A stretch of 64,000 nt of DNA. It comes from Rhizophagus irregularis. Its lineage: Eukaryota. Each line of letters begins with the position of its first letter. Within the stretch, counting starts at the first letter, position 1. Position numbers and translations under genes: made by a program. The notes under the pieces are model-generated. The model was not told where the DNA came from, made no database searches, and saw only the letters and a program-made list of their open reading frames with translations. The stretch is taken from NCBI RefSeq assembly GCF_026210795.1, contig NC_089433.1, positions 434,001 through 498,000 of the forward strand. The letters are read 5' to 3'. Positions 1 to 12,688 of the stretch are shown here, in pieces.

Positions 1-11
1 AATGACAGATT

Positions 12-1480
12 GTTAACATAAAAATCTCATAGGGTGATTCCATGGGTTGATTTTGAATATACATATTTTTTTTGAGTAGCTACCATAAATATTTAATATA
101 TCAACGTAATAAGAGATTGGAAAAATATATTTATTAATACATTTATTAATAATAGAATTATTATGATTTAGGAGAATCAGTTAAATCAAAAAAATTTTTT
201 TTTTTATGATAATAAATAAATATTTCATTTGGTAAAAAACTTTTTTCTTTTTCTTTCTTTTTTTTTTTGAGGAAAAGTAGAATACCTTTTAGTATTTATG
301 AAAAGAAGAAATTTTTTAAACATTTAAATAAGAAAAATTATACAATAATAAGGAATCGAACCGGCTTTAGACAAACCCTCAAATGCTGAAAAAATTCGTC
401 ATAAATTCTTTTTATTGGTTAAATTATACGTAATAGCTAGACGCAAAACTATTGGTAGATTTAACATATTGATTGGACATCTGACAGTTCTGATCACGGA
501 TCATAAAAAAAATAATAATGTATGATATCTAAAATTCTTTAAGTTCATCTATAATAATATGGGAAAAATTGTGTTATGACATAAATAATAATAAAGTTGT
601 ATTTACTTAATACAATGTTTTAAAATAAAAGCCTATTTATAAATTTATTAAATATTGGCATAAAAAAATATATATATATATTTTTTATTGGAATTTTACA
701 ATAAAAAAAAATCTAATTAATTTTATATAAATTGTAAAATTAGATTCACGTGGCACGAAAAAAGTTGGAACGTAGCCCATGATCATAATTACTCTTCCTC
801 TTTCTTGAAATAACCTTGAACCCGTTGCTTTTCATCACCGGTTTCTTCTCATCTTCCACCTATCCTTTAACAAACCAACTATAACCTCCATTACCCGCTT
901 CACATTTTTATGCAAATCCTTTTCTTCTTCCGAACTTTCTTCCAAAGCAGACTCGACAAACCGGATATTGAGTGGATTTCTACTCGTGCAAGAAATTACG
1001 TCTGGAGTATAAAGGAGAAAATGCCATTAGTGTTGTATGGTGATCGGTTTGTTGTGATCATCACCGTTGGCCGGAATTATCAATTTTTACCGGCACTATA
1101 TTTTTTTAATGCTGGTCGATCGTCATAATTTCAGTCACCGGTGAACTGTGATATTGCCATATTTAAATTATGTTTTCATATTTCACAAATTAATATAAGA
1201 TTTAATTATTACTAATTATTCTTTGAAATTTTTCTCTAACGTCTCACATCTGATAACTGGTTAACGCGTTAAGTAGGACTCCATGTTCTTATATTTTATT
1301 TATTTTTAATATAAATTTGGTACATTGATTCTCTTAGCATAATTTTGACGAGGGAGAGTTTTTTTTTATGATCGTTTAAAATCTAAATTAAATTATAAAT
1401 TTATGATAAAAATTGATCATTGAGATTTAATACTATTATAAAATAATAAAATAAAAACTGTTACAATAAAATATATAAAA
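12..1480. repeat. Segmental duplication copy A (paralogue of 28238-31610, the region downstream of the TRP-like gene)
   Basis: Long collinear near-identity by eye, e.g. CCATGGGTTGATTTTGAATATACAT, TAGATTCACGTGGCACGAAA and TTAACGCGTTAAGTA..ACTCCATGTTCTTATATTTT occur in both copies in the same order. Confidence 0.9.
789..1026 (-). pseudogene. Fragment of a Crinkler-like Glomeromycota family C-terminal domain
   Basis: Minus strand reads WHFLLYTPDVISCTSRNPLNIRFVESALEESSEEEKDLHKNVKRVMEVIVGLLKDR and, after two frameshifts, ..KQRVQGYFKKEEE*. No upstream exons; absent from duplication copy B. Family name is from recollection. Confidence 0.65.
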
Positions 1481-1999
1481 AATTAACTATTTAATTTTAC
1501 ACAAAATATTTTATAACATTAAATACATATTTAATTCTGTTACTATTGAATCCCGTGATTTTATATGAAGTCATATGACATAAATTAGATCTGAGTTAGT
1601 TTTATCAAAAATTTAGACTGTGTTCTTGATTAAAATGTGTATGTAGTATATTAAAGTACTTTAATATGTCTTAGTCAACTATAATAGATGTTAATAAAAA
1701 TAATAAAGATTTCTATTATTTCTATTGTATATTTAATTAAATCTCCTAAATAGATATGAGGAGTTAAAAATTAAACAGATAATCAATTAGACTCTGACAA
1801 AAGTAGAAATTAAACAGGTATCGGTGATTAGATATTGATCTGAAAAAATAGATGATATGATTGATATCTGTTTAACTACTTTTTTGTGTTAATTTTTACT
1901 TTTTTGGTTAATTTCTACTTTTTTGTGTTTAAATTTCTACTTTTTTATGTCTTAGATTATGATATACTACTTTCACTACAGATTTTATTAATTAGACAC

Positions 2000-2260
2000 A
2001 GATCCAAAATATAACAAAAGTAGAAATTCGGTAATTAAATATTAATCTGAAAAATAGAGATTAATAGATATTGTTAGATCCGAAATATAACTAAACAGTT
2101 ATCGGTAATTAAATATTAATCTGAAAAATTGAGATTAAATAGATATCGTTAGATCCGAAATATAACTAAACAGTTGTCGGTAATTAAAGATTAATCTGAG
2201 AAATAGAGATTAAATAGTTAAACACTGATCCGAAATATAAAAAAGTAAAAATTAAACAGA
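2000..2260. repeat. ~75-bp tandem repeat, about 3.5 copies
   Basis: GATCC(G/A)AAATATAA...TCGGTAATTAAA.ATTAATCTGA.AAAT.GAGATTAA recurs at about 2000, 2075, 2151 and 2226. Confidence 0.85.
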
Positions 2261-2414
2261 TGTCACTAATTAGAAACCGGATATAGCATACTTACATCTT
2301 AAAAATTATGTATCTTCACTAGTTAACATTTTTGTATAAATAAAAGGTATTTAAAGCAATAAAAAGTAGATTTTTTTTCGTAAATTACTTTCATATTTTT
2401 TTTCTCAAAAGATC

Positions 2415-3610
2415 ATGTCTAGTGAAAGGTTCTTGAGACATCAACTCATTTCCTACTTAAGGGAAAAGAAAAATAAGTCGTATCGCAGTTTTCTCCTTCA
2501 TTACAGAAAAGAAATCAGCGAATATTTTTTGCATACCTCAGTAATGTCTTGGAGAGATCACGACAATACATGGTCCCAGTTCTTCTTATTAGAGGCCAAG
2601 AGGTTGTTAAATGAAAACAACTTTGATACATTAGAATATAAGGTGCGTCTTTTTATTTTGCAATGAGAGGGTAACTCCTGGTCGAGTCCAGCGTGTCGTT
2701 GCTCAGGAGAATTACTGTGCTGGGATTGCTGGTAACCACCCCAGCTTGCACTGTACAGGCGTCCTCACGTTGTCGTTGATAAAAGTCTACTAATCTTGGA
2801 TGAGAGATTGGTCATGTACCTTCCTTTATCACTAAATAAATAGCGCATTCTGCTAATATTAGCTTCCTTTTATTAGGTTAGAGTAGAACGATGCAATGAT
2901 GGTCTAAAGAATTACTGGGAGGAAATAATACAAGAGTGTGAGAAGGTAAACAATCTGATTCATAATTTTAAAAACTTTCTTCATTCTTCAGGAATTCTTA
3001 AAGATTTTTTCGTGTGTATTTTATCTGTTAACCAATATCTATTATATCCATAGAAACAAGAACTTATCTCATACGAAAGTGAAAGGGATCGTCTTCTTCA
3101 TTTACTTTCTGAAGTAAATGAAAAAATTAATATAACGAAGGCAGAACTTACCAGATTTTCTAGCTTAGGTAATAATTCTGATTTAATTTCTGATAATGGA
3201 TCAGAAATTCAGTCTGGTATCGGAGGTGATCTGTATGAGGATATTAATGGAGACCCTAGTGGTGATACTGAAATGAACACTGAAGATAGTATTTCCTCAG
3301 ACAACGATTCTTCTAGAAAGAAGAATCGTCGTAATCTTGTTCGAGTTAACTATAATTGCGGTTCTCCACCAAGAAAACGCAGAAAAACTAGGCCTGTAAG
3401 TCTTATAATTATAAATTAATGACAATCTCATTCACAAAGTGATAAAGATTTTTTACTCTAAATATATAGGCCTCACGACGATCAACGCCACGACAGTCAC
3501 CATGTACATCATTACCGTCCACGCCGACAGATCCCTCTCATACAGATTTTCCCGATGATGAGAACCTAAGGTGCACAAATTGCCCCGTTCATTGCCCTAA
3601 TAGCTCTTAG
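2415..3610 (+). CDS. Intact 4-exon gene, 259 aa: Glomeromycota header domain (SYRSFL..W..FL.EA..KV..ER..YWEEII), acidic linker, basic NLS-like PPRKRRKT, C-terminal CxxCxxHC
   Basis: Exons 2415-2642, 2877-2945, 3054-3395 and 3470-3610 join in frame through GT-AG introns without stops, ending ..LRCTNCPVHCPNSS*. Confidence 0.8.
2643..2876 (+). ncRNA. Candidate structured intronic RNA (homologues at 43112-43343 and 48032-48263)
   Basis: Unusually long, GC-rich intron with several stems. Compensatory changes versus the 48032 copy: ACTAATCT/AGATTGGT vs GCTAATTC/GAATTGGC, and CTCCTG/CAGGAG vs CCCCTA/TAGGGG. Confidence 0.55.
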
Positions 3611-4240
3611 ATAATTTTTTTAAATAAGCTCGCAATTAAATATAAAGTAAAAAGTTGCTAATCTACTTTTAATTAAATTTAAAAATTATTTAACTTACTT
3701 CATATTTAATTGCGAGTTTATTTAAAAAAATTATCTAACTTCTAAAATCATATTTTTTTAGTTTTATCAAATTTACGGTGTACCGTTTGGACAAAAAGTG
3801 CCAAAATTTCATCTCTTATAATAATTGTTTAATAAAAATATTTGCATATTATTTTATCTTCCTCAATTAAATACTATTTTCTCATATACAAATTTAAGCA
3901 TCGTTTTCTCATAATTTTCAGAGAAATATTTAAAATATTTTAATTTGAAAGTGCATTAAAAAATTGATTTATAAACTGATTTAACTCAGTGAGTGATTTA
4001 CGGGAAATGGGATAATAAAAAACAAAGTTGGGAAAGGACACTTCAACACGTTGAAGTTACATTGGAGTTTATAATTTATATAACCATTAATTTGTTGTTA
4101 AAATTGGCTTATTATTAGATTGCGTCACATTATAAAGTTGGCGGAGGCGCAGTTATTATGCTTTACGGAATAACACAAGACTCAGACACAAAGAATTATA
4201 TGATAGTTTTGGAATATGCTTTAATGGCGGTTTACGTAAC

Positions 4241-7200
4241 TTATTATTTTATTATTTTTTGTTAACTAATTATTAACCATATTAAATTCCTAATTATAAA
4301 CAAAAAACTATCTTTAATTTACTTAGTATTACATTATAATACTAAATTTTCTATTTAAACAAACCGGTGAGAAGCAACGGGTAACTGCTATTAATGATTT
4401 GACGTTTGAATTTGGATTAATTAAGGAGTTGTGAATAAATAATTATCGATTAATTTATTAATATTTATATGAAAATACTTCAAATATTTTTATTTATTAT
4501 AAATTATTTCTTATTATTTTATATTACGTCTTATAACAGTTGAACAATTAAATGTATTAAAATTTGTTCATTTCATTTATTATTATTCTTTTGATACTCA
4601 TTTTACTCGAATAAATTATTAATTAACTAAACCATTTGAATTACAATCTTTATTCAAAAATCTGGTGATAATTTAGTAGAGAAGTCCGGATATGGATTTA
4701 ATCTATTATTAAATTAACAATTTCTTCAATTAATTAATTATAAAATATTGTAAAAATATCAATTTTTTTTTGATTTTTATGATAATTTTGTAAATATATT
4801 TAATATAATATCTTATTTCTTTATTAATAATAAAAAAAAATTGAAAAAAAAAATTGGGGGGAAAGAAAAAGATAAAGAAATTTCCGAAAAAAAAGGAATC
4901 GAAAAAAACAAGTACCGAAAAAAAATTCTGAAAAGACAATAATTCGGTCTAAAAAATTTTTTTAAATAAAAAAAAAAAATTTTTCAGTTTGGGAAAAAAA
5001 ATTAAACCTAAACGGGAAAAGAATGAGAAAAAAAATTAATAAAAAAAAAATTCCGATTAAGGTAAAATTCATTAACTGAAATTGGATTAGTTGATTGGAA
5101 TGCACACGGATCAAATAGTTTTTGACCATAAATAGATTAGACGGAGGCATGTTACGGTTTTAATTATATGACGTGGGATTTCAAGTTACATAATTCAAAT
5201 TATTTATGCGGAAGTTACTCTTTCCCCCTTTTTTTCTTTTTATTAGTATTCTGCAGTAAACACTAGTTTTACTTTTTTTTCGTTATCTGTCGATAACGAC
5301 AGGGGAGGGAGCTCGCCCACCAGTGGCTTCGGAGACGTAAAGATATTTTAACACCAATAACCAAGGGACTATGAGTTATTTTCCTCGAGCAGACGGAAAT
5401 TTTTTTACCTCACAATATGACAGTTACGACAACTATGAAGACTTCGAAGTCGATATTGAATCTTCCGAGATAACTTATCTCAATAATGACACTCAACCCG
5501 AAGAAACTATTTCTTCTCCCACTTTCCTTGATACTTCTTAGAGTGGAAAATTCTTTTCTCATTTCGTTCAAGAATTTCACGTGACCAAAAATTAAAAACA
5601 GGTTATAACAAGATTTACGAATTTAGGCGTTCCAAAAGTTTCTTTTTTGAGATTGCCAATCACACCAATGAAATTCACTTAAGGGTACACACGAACGACT
5701 ATCTCATGTCTTCTAACCCGATTAGATATAAAAAAATATTTTAATTCGTAGAAAATTATTGGAGCGTATTCCCCTTATCAAATCACGTGGACAGAAATTT
5801 GATTGTCGCAATCGTACGTCGAAGACCTTTTTCAACCTTTCGTACAAAAGATACCGATTTTATTTCTTTCATGTAATTTTATGGTCACTCACGAATTTAA
5901 TCCCGATCAGCATCATATACTCCTTGTCCGATTATAATGTCAAGGTAGACACGCTTGCGGAGTTCATTTATCACAAGCGTTCAATGAAATTGTAGTTCGC
6001 AGTGAAAAAGAAAAATTGGGCAACATTCCTGCTGATTTTGTTAATAACAAAGCTTCACATGCCAATCTTCTCTATAATCAATGGCATCCGGACGGACTAA
6101 ACACGTCCTATCTAAAAGATTGGGTATATCTTATAATGAAACATTTCACGCTCATGACGCGAATTCTGGTATGAAACTTGGCAACAAGCATATGTATCGG
6201 AAGGCCTTCAGTACACGCCTAGTGCCAACCCTCGCACAAAAAAGAAACAAAAAAACGTTTTGAACGTTCCTGCAGAAGGATTTTTAATAAGACAAAACTG
6301 CAGCCAGGTGCCACTCATAAGTTGGCGGATAAGTTATCCATTGCTAAAAAATATCTGTTTTTATTTCTTGGATCTCAGTATGTTCACAAACCGATCAAAT
6401 ATTTGAAATACAAGCAAGCTCGGGTTGCTCCTAATGCTAATGATTACCGTTTTTAAATTCTTGACTTCATTGAAAAACATGAACGTCAACTTATTTCCTG
6501 TGGTAACAAGTTAACTACTGTTATACCTGTAGAATCTCCAATTCCGATATCTCCAATACACACGGTTGCGCCTTTTAATCCAATAACGGATATGTTTATT
6601 TCTCACTAGTATTGGGATATTATACCGCCTGATCCGATATACGCCGATGATGGCACGATTGGCACGACAAAATTCAGCATGTCGAATTTTAATGATTTTT
6701 GAATGGCACGTTCATTGTTCCTGGATCACGTGAATGGTTCATGTGTATACAGATTGGATTTACGTACTGAAGACGAACGTCGTAAAAAAGCTCAGATCGC
6801 TAAAAGGGAACGATTAGATCGAGAACAACATTTAGAAATAGAGGCTGCTAAACAAGCTGATATAGTTCAAAAGAAAGAAAAAGCCGCACTCATCGGCACA
6901 AGTTGGAAACACGTTGAATCGCGCAGTAGAATGATGTTTAAATATATTAGACTTAACGATATGTTTCATGCAGCCATGACGCGTATTCGAGAAAAACAAT
7001 TGCAAAACCTAGGTAATACCAAAGTTCAAAAGGCACTACGCAAAGAAATGAATGGTTTTCTCAAATCATTTCCTAGCTTCTGGTGGGACAAATCACTATA
7101 CGAAGACTGCACGTGAAGATGATCCATACGCTTCTCCGTTCACCTCAGAGGATACGAAAGTCCTCGAATTTCAGCCCAATAAGCGCGATGTTGATAGTAA

Positions 7201-7757
7201 TTATAATCTTCCTTCGCATCGCAGTTTAATTAAACAGAAACGGCTATGCCCTGATTTGATGACTCCACGGTAGCGGGCCCGTCGAATAGTTTAAAACTAC
7301 TTAATTTACTTTTCCTTTTACTTTACTTTATTTTCTTTTTTGGAGTCGGATATCCTTTCAGTTTACATATAGATTTTCTATTTCTAGGTTCGATTTTTTA
7401 CCTTATGGGTTTGGTTAAATTTTACCAATTTAGAATAGTGTGAACCATTCCACCTATGACAATATTTACAGGTGGCGGCTTTTTGCCGAAAGGAAAATAC
7501 GGATCATTAATTTTACTTTGATTGCTTTCCTGAAGTCTAATTTCGGTTGCGTCATTAGATAGGCCTTTTTCTTTTAATTCTAGTTAGGGCCCTTAACGTT
7601 TGTCGGGGGGTGAAACTACTATATTGTGTGTTTTTTATATTATCTTAATAGTCTTTAATAACCAATGTATAGTTCCTGACTATCAATAAATAAATAAATC
7701 AAATTATTTATGCGGAGACTAATCCAAACGTCAGACAAATTTTTTTAGTTATATAGA
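4241..7757 (-). mobile_element. Non-autonomous Helitron (same family as 29516-31565); terminal ~150 bp inverted
   Basis: 5' TCTATATAACTAAAAAAATTTGTCTGACG on the minus strand ends at 7757 and the body is the reverse complement of the 29516 element. The 3' hairpin segment (CCGGTGAGAAGCAACGGGTAACTGCTA) lies at 4241-4390 on the plus strand. Confidence 0.75.
5213..7698 (+). mobile_element. Non-autonomous retroposed (non-LTR type) element with degenerate ORF(s), no reverse transcriptase seen
   Basis: Perfect 18-bp TSD TCAAATTATTTATGCGGA (5195-5212 and 7699-7716), 3' (TAAA)n tail, empty site in sister Helitrons (~29550-29590, ~40795-40830), CpG-rich broken reading frames from ATG 5371 to ~7270. Confidence 0.85.
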
Positions 7758-8719
7758 TTAAGTTTGAAGATATGGTTGGGAATATAAACTTGTTGATTTA
7801 CGTTGAATTGCAAAAGGGCTTAACCAAATTCACGCAAGTGGACTTATTCATTGAGACCTACTGTATATATAGGAAATATAGTTCATAATGCCACCGCTTG
7901 TATAACTGATATGGGATTATGTAAGTCAGCAAATTATAATGAACTAGAAAATACAAAAAAATGTATTTATGGTATGTTACCTTTAAGAGATAAAGTTATA
8001 CAAAATCTGGTGATATTTGTATGAAGTATTTTTCGAATTACCTCCATTTCGTGATTTAGACATGATCAATTGGCAATAAAAATCTGCTGAGGTCTTGGAC
8101 CAAGGTTTAGAGATGGAGAAGTAAATAAATGAAGCATATGAATTCAATCATAATTTAATATTAACCACTAGCAAAGAGCTTTCTTTGGGTTATCATATGA
8201 ACACATTCTGAAGCTATTATGCAAGTAGATTACTTGACTTCGTCCGAACCATAAAATTCAGATGATTATTACGAACAATGCGATAATATAATTAGCAGAA
8301 AATTTTCAGGTATCAATTGTTGATTCTTTTTTTTTACTATTACTGAAAACACTAATATTCTATTTTTCATTAGAATCTTTACAAATTGATATTTATCAAT
8401 TGAATACTAAAGGTGGTAGGTTTTTGATTGTATAGTAACTTCATATAAAAGTATTAACGGTTAATTTTATTTTTATAAAACAAATAGATGAAGACAAGGG
8501 GAAAAATGGAAATGTTTCCATAATGATGGATTAAAAAAATTCTTATTTCTGCTGACACTTGATCTCCAAATAACGTTAAATTTCCATATCAATAAGAGTG
8601 AAAAACATGACAGAGTTAATTATACGAAGGAGGGAGAGTTCCTGTTGACTTTTTTTTCTTTATTCTCCTGACATTTCTTCCCTTAATCAGCAGAAAGTGA
8701 ACAAAATTGTTAACAAATC

Positions 8720-9263
8720 AGGACCCCGAGCAATACTGAAAAAGGTAACAATCAAGTTTGCATAGAATATACTAAAATAATTTGTAGATCTTTTCTACGA
8801 CATAAGTTTAAATTAATTGAGAGTGAAATAAAGAAATGGTATTTAGGTAGTGCTTCGATCCGGATGAAAACTTGAATATTTTCATGTGACGATTATGGCT
8901 GAGAAAGATTATGAATTTCAGATTTAAATAGACTATAATTTAAACCAACATTAAAGTATTATTATCCCAAAAATTTATACTAATTCTGGCCAAACTAGTG
9001 AAATTTAATGAAATTCAATCCGGATGAAAATCTGGGTAAAACCGCTACGGATCGAAGCACTATATTTAGGGATAGTTAAAATGTCCATTGTGTTTTGTTA
9101 CAGTTATTACCATTTTATCTACTTTTTCTGGATAATGCCAGCCAGAGTTTTGTGACATCTTTAAATCATCTTCTGGTATTATGCGTCTCCGACCAGAATT
9201 AAGATAAATAGAGTAAATGTGCGCTGATGACTTGTTACCTCTTTATGTATCGCTCGGGGTCCT
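8720..9263. mobile_element. Non-autonomous TIR element (AGGAC family), 8-bp TSD
   Basis: TIRs AGGACCCCGAGCAATAC..AAAGGTAACAA and TTGTTACCTCTTTATGTATCGCTCGGGGTCCT; TSD AACAAATC at 8712-8719 and 9264-9271. Confidence 0.85.
8848..9062. mobile_element. hAT-like MITE nested in the AGGAC element
   Basis: Perfect 15-bp TIR TAGTGCTTCGATCCG; 8-bp TSD TATTTAGG at 8840-8847 and 9063-9070. Confidence 0.92.
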
Positions 9264-10833
9264 AACAAATCGCAGTTATATTTGGACGCAATATACTCCT
9301 AATCAATTTTGTCATAACTATTATTTTTTATTATCCATTATTGCTATTTATGTATTTTATTATTTTTAACAATACAAGATCAAATAAAAAAACTATCGAT
9401 CGTCTCAACTACGAGATTACCGCTTCATTATAACTTTACTATAACACCAATATCAACAATAAAATAATATCTCGTCTATATCTCACATATCACAAACAGA
9501 AACTTGATAAGTATGTTGAAAAATGATGCCATATATTATAATAATAAAGATGTTTGTGAAATCAGGAAACAGAAATTCTTCTGCGTCATGAGAAAGTGCT
9601 ATGTCCACTTTATACTTTATCTTTCACAATCAGAAAATAAAAGCAGCAAAGCTGAAAGTGTCTTATGTGGCTTTCCACTGACCAATTATGTCACTTTTAA
9701 AATTTTCTGGAGTCATCAACAGAAAAAATAGAGGGCAAGAAAAATCATATATATGGCTGCTGCAGAATGCAGATATCGATTGCAGATATCAATAACAATT
9801 AACAAACTATGAGACCGTATACCTTGCTTTATTTTTTTAGGATAATTACTTTGAATAAATCCTTACTTTTATTTATCATAATTAGTTGGAAAGAATATTT
9901 CCGATAACATTAAACAACTAACCGGATTAGCTCAGTTTCTTACAATAAGTTTCTTACAGTAAGTTCTTTACATTGTCACATTTTCCCTATTTGAGTCCAG
10001 AAAATCTCCGAATGCTTAAAAATTAAATTAATATGGCACTTTAACCGTCACTTCACAAGTAATTAAATGAGATCTTTGAACTTTGCAGACTTTTTGCAGA
10101 TTGATATAAAGTCATGGGAAGATGATAATTATAATTAATTATTAAGGCAGATTTACAACATTCGCTCCTAATGGGACGATTATTCGACAAACAAGGAAGT
10201 ATTAATGGTTTGAAACTATCCAATTGAATTAGGGTTTATCTTTGAGATATTGCTGTTTGCAAAGTAAATAAATTATTGTAGAGTAAAAAAATAGACAATA
10301 GCCTTTTCCTATTCGGTAATCTGTCGTATTCTCTGAAATATAGTGTTACAATCTTTTTTTTATATTTTTAAAATAAGAATTCTAAATCTAAGAGTATACC
10401 GCCCACCCTTTTTCTTTCTTCATTTTTTTTTCATTAAAAAAAAAGTATTTATGTATTACTCAAAATAATCAATATTACTTTATTTACACTCAATTTATTC
10501 AAAAAGATTTTCTTCATTTTGCAATATCTACAAAAAATTTTACGTATTACTCAATAATCAATATACAGTATACTATATTATATAATATAAAATTTATCAA
10601 AATAAAAAAAAACGTGTTACCGCAATAAAATTTATTTTTTTCATAAAAATTTTACGTGTTACTCAAAATTAATATATTTCGCAAATATATTTCGCAAAAT
10701 TTATTTTTTTCATAAAAATTTTACACGTTACTCAATCAGTATATTTTGTAATATAAAAATTTATTTCTATCAACTTTTTATTTTTTACTCATTTACTCAA
10801 TCAAATTTTATAATTTACATTTTACATAATAAA

Positions 10834-10869
10834 CTAGAAATTGCGTTTTGTGGGGGACTTCGTCCCCCA
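10834..10869 (-). mobile_element. Helitron-like 3' terminus (GC hairpin followed by CTAG)
   Basis: Minus strand TGGGGGAC-GAA-GTCCCCCA, then 13 nt, then CTAG followed by T. The 5' end was not located. Confidence 0.6.
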
Positions 10870-12688
10870 TTGTTTAATTTTGTGTATTGAAATGTTGATA
10901 TCAAATCAAGTTGCATTTTACTGGCGTTTATAAAATGCTCTAACAGAAAAAATTTAATTTTTTTTTTTTGATTCAAATTATTTAATGACAAGTGACAACT
11001 AACATTATCATATTTATTAAAAGCATTTATTAAAAGTATTTACAAAAAAAAAATAATAATAATTTACTGTATGCTAATAATTAAAATTCCACCTTTACTA
11101 AAAATTTACATGTTGTTAATGGTTTGGATATTGGTTCCAGTTGGTTCGATTCCAACAGACAACAAATAAAGGTAAGAAATTCCATAGAAGCTAAAGTCCT
11201 ACAAAAATCGTGCATTATTCATAAAAGATCTACTATTGGGATTCAGGTGCTGATTTCCCTACAAAAAGAAAAAGTAACATTAAAAATAATAAAAATAAAG
11301 CTTTTTTTAAAGTTTTGAATCAAAACTTACTTATGGTATCCAAATTGGAGTCAATTTCCTTAAAAAGAAAATTCTGGAGCATTCTTTGAATCTCACAGAT
11401 CCAAAGATATCGCAGCTGAAACCTAGAAAATAAAGAAAGAGTCAAATTAAAAAACAATTTTTATTAAAGAAGTTTTGAAAAGAAAATGAAACTTACCGAT
11501 CCAAAGCCCAATGAGATGTCGCAGCCATTACCTATAAAATAAAATAAAATAAAATAAAATTAAAAATCTTTTTTAAAGTTTCAAAAAGAAAGCAAAACTT
11601 CAATACTCACCTATCCAAAGCCCAAGGATATTACAACCGATAACTACAAAATAAAAAAACAAATAAATAAAATTAAAAAAAATTTTTAAAGTTTTGAAAA
11701 GAAAACAAAACTTTGAAATTTACCTTTAAATCAAATGCATAAGAACTGAAAGCCGAAATCTACAAAAATAGAAGAAAAAAAAATTAAAATAAATTAATTT
11801 ATCTTAAAAAAAGTTTCAGCTCTTTCGCTCTGAAACTTACCTATATATCAAATACCCAAGAACAAAAAGCCGAAACCTACAAAATAGAAGAAAAAAAAAA
11901 TTAAATAAATAATTTATTTAAAAAAAGTTTTGGTTCTTTCACTCCGAAACTCACCTATATATAAACGTCCAAGAACTGAAAGCCAAAACCTACAAAATAA
12001 AAAAACAAGTAAATTAAAAAAAATATTTTTTAAAAAAGTTTCAAAGTTTTCACTTCGAAACTCACCAATATCAAATGCCCAAGAACTGAAAGCCGAAATC
12101 TACAAAATAGAAGAAAAAATTAAAATAATCATCTATTTTAAAAAGGCTTCAGCTCATTCGCTTCAAAACTTACTTATATATCAAACTTCCAAGAACCGAA
12201 AGCTGAAACCTACAAAATAGAAGAAAAAAAAATTAAAATTAATTTATTTTAATAAAAATTTTGGCTCTTTCGCTCCAAAACTCACCTATATATCAAACAT
12301 CCAAGAACCGAAAGCTGAAATCTACAAAATAGAAGAAAAAAAAAATTAATTTATTTTAAAAAAAGTTTAGGCTTTTTCGCTTCGAAACTCACCAATAACA
12401 AACGTCTAAGAACCGAAAGTTGAAACCTACAAAATAAAAAAAAAAATAAGTAAATTAAAAAATTTTTTTTTTTAAAAAATTTCAAAGGTTTCGCTTCGAA
12501 ACTTACCAATATTAAACGCCCAAAAACTGATAGCCGAAATCTACAAAATAGAAGAAAAAAAAATCAAAATAAATAATTTATTTTAAAAAAAGTTTTGGCT
12601 CTTTCGTTCTGAAACTCGCCTATATATTTAACACCAAGAACCGAAAGCTGAAATCTACAAAATAGAAGAAAAAAAAGATTAAAATAAA

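Larger units (their letters stand above)
3990..8520 (+). pseudogene. Tyrosine-kinase-like protein kinase pseudogene split by a Helitron and a nested retroposon
   Basis: YGITQDSDTKNYMIVLEYA (~4165-4220) resumes after 7760 with IAKGLNQIHASGLIH*DL, CITDMGLCKSAN, IYGMLP and a C-terminal ASRLLDF..SDDYYEQ. Many stops and frameshifts. Confidence 0.85.

Noticed and set aside
910..1128. 72-aa plus-strand ORF
   Set aside because: Shadow of the minus-strand Crinkler-like fragment.
2750..2805. HDV-like ribozyme or TPP riboswitch in the structured intron
   Set aside because: TCCTCAC and RCTAA resemble HDV L3 and J4/2, but I could not complete P1, P1.1 (GG) and P4. TPP core motifs are absent. Left unassigned.
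10851..10869. Rho-independent terminator-like hairpin
   Set aside because: Eukaryotic DNA; its position relative to CTAG fits a Helitron 3' end better.
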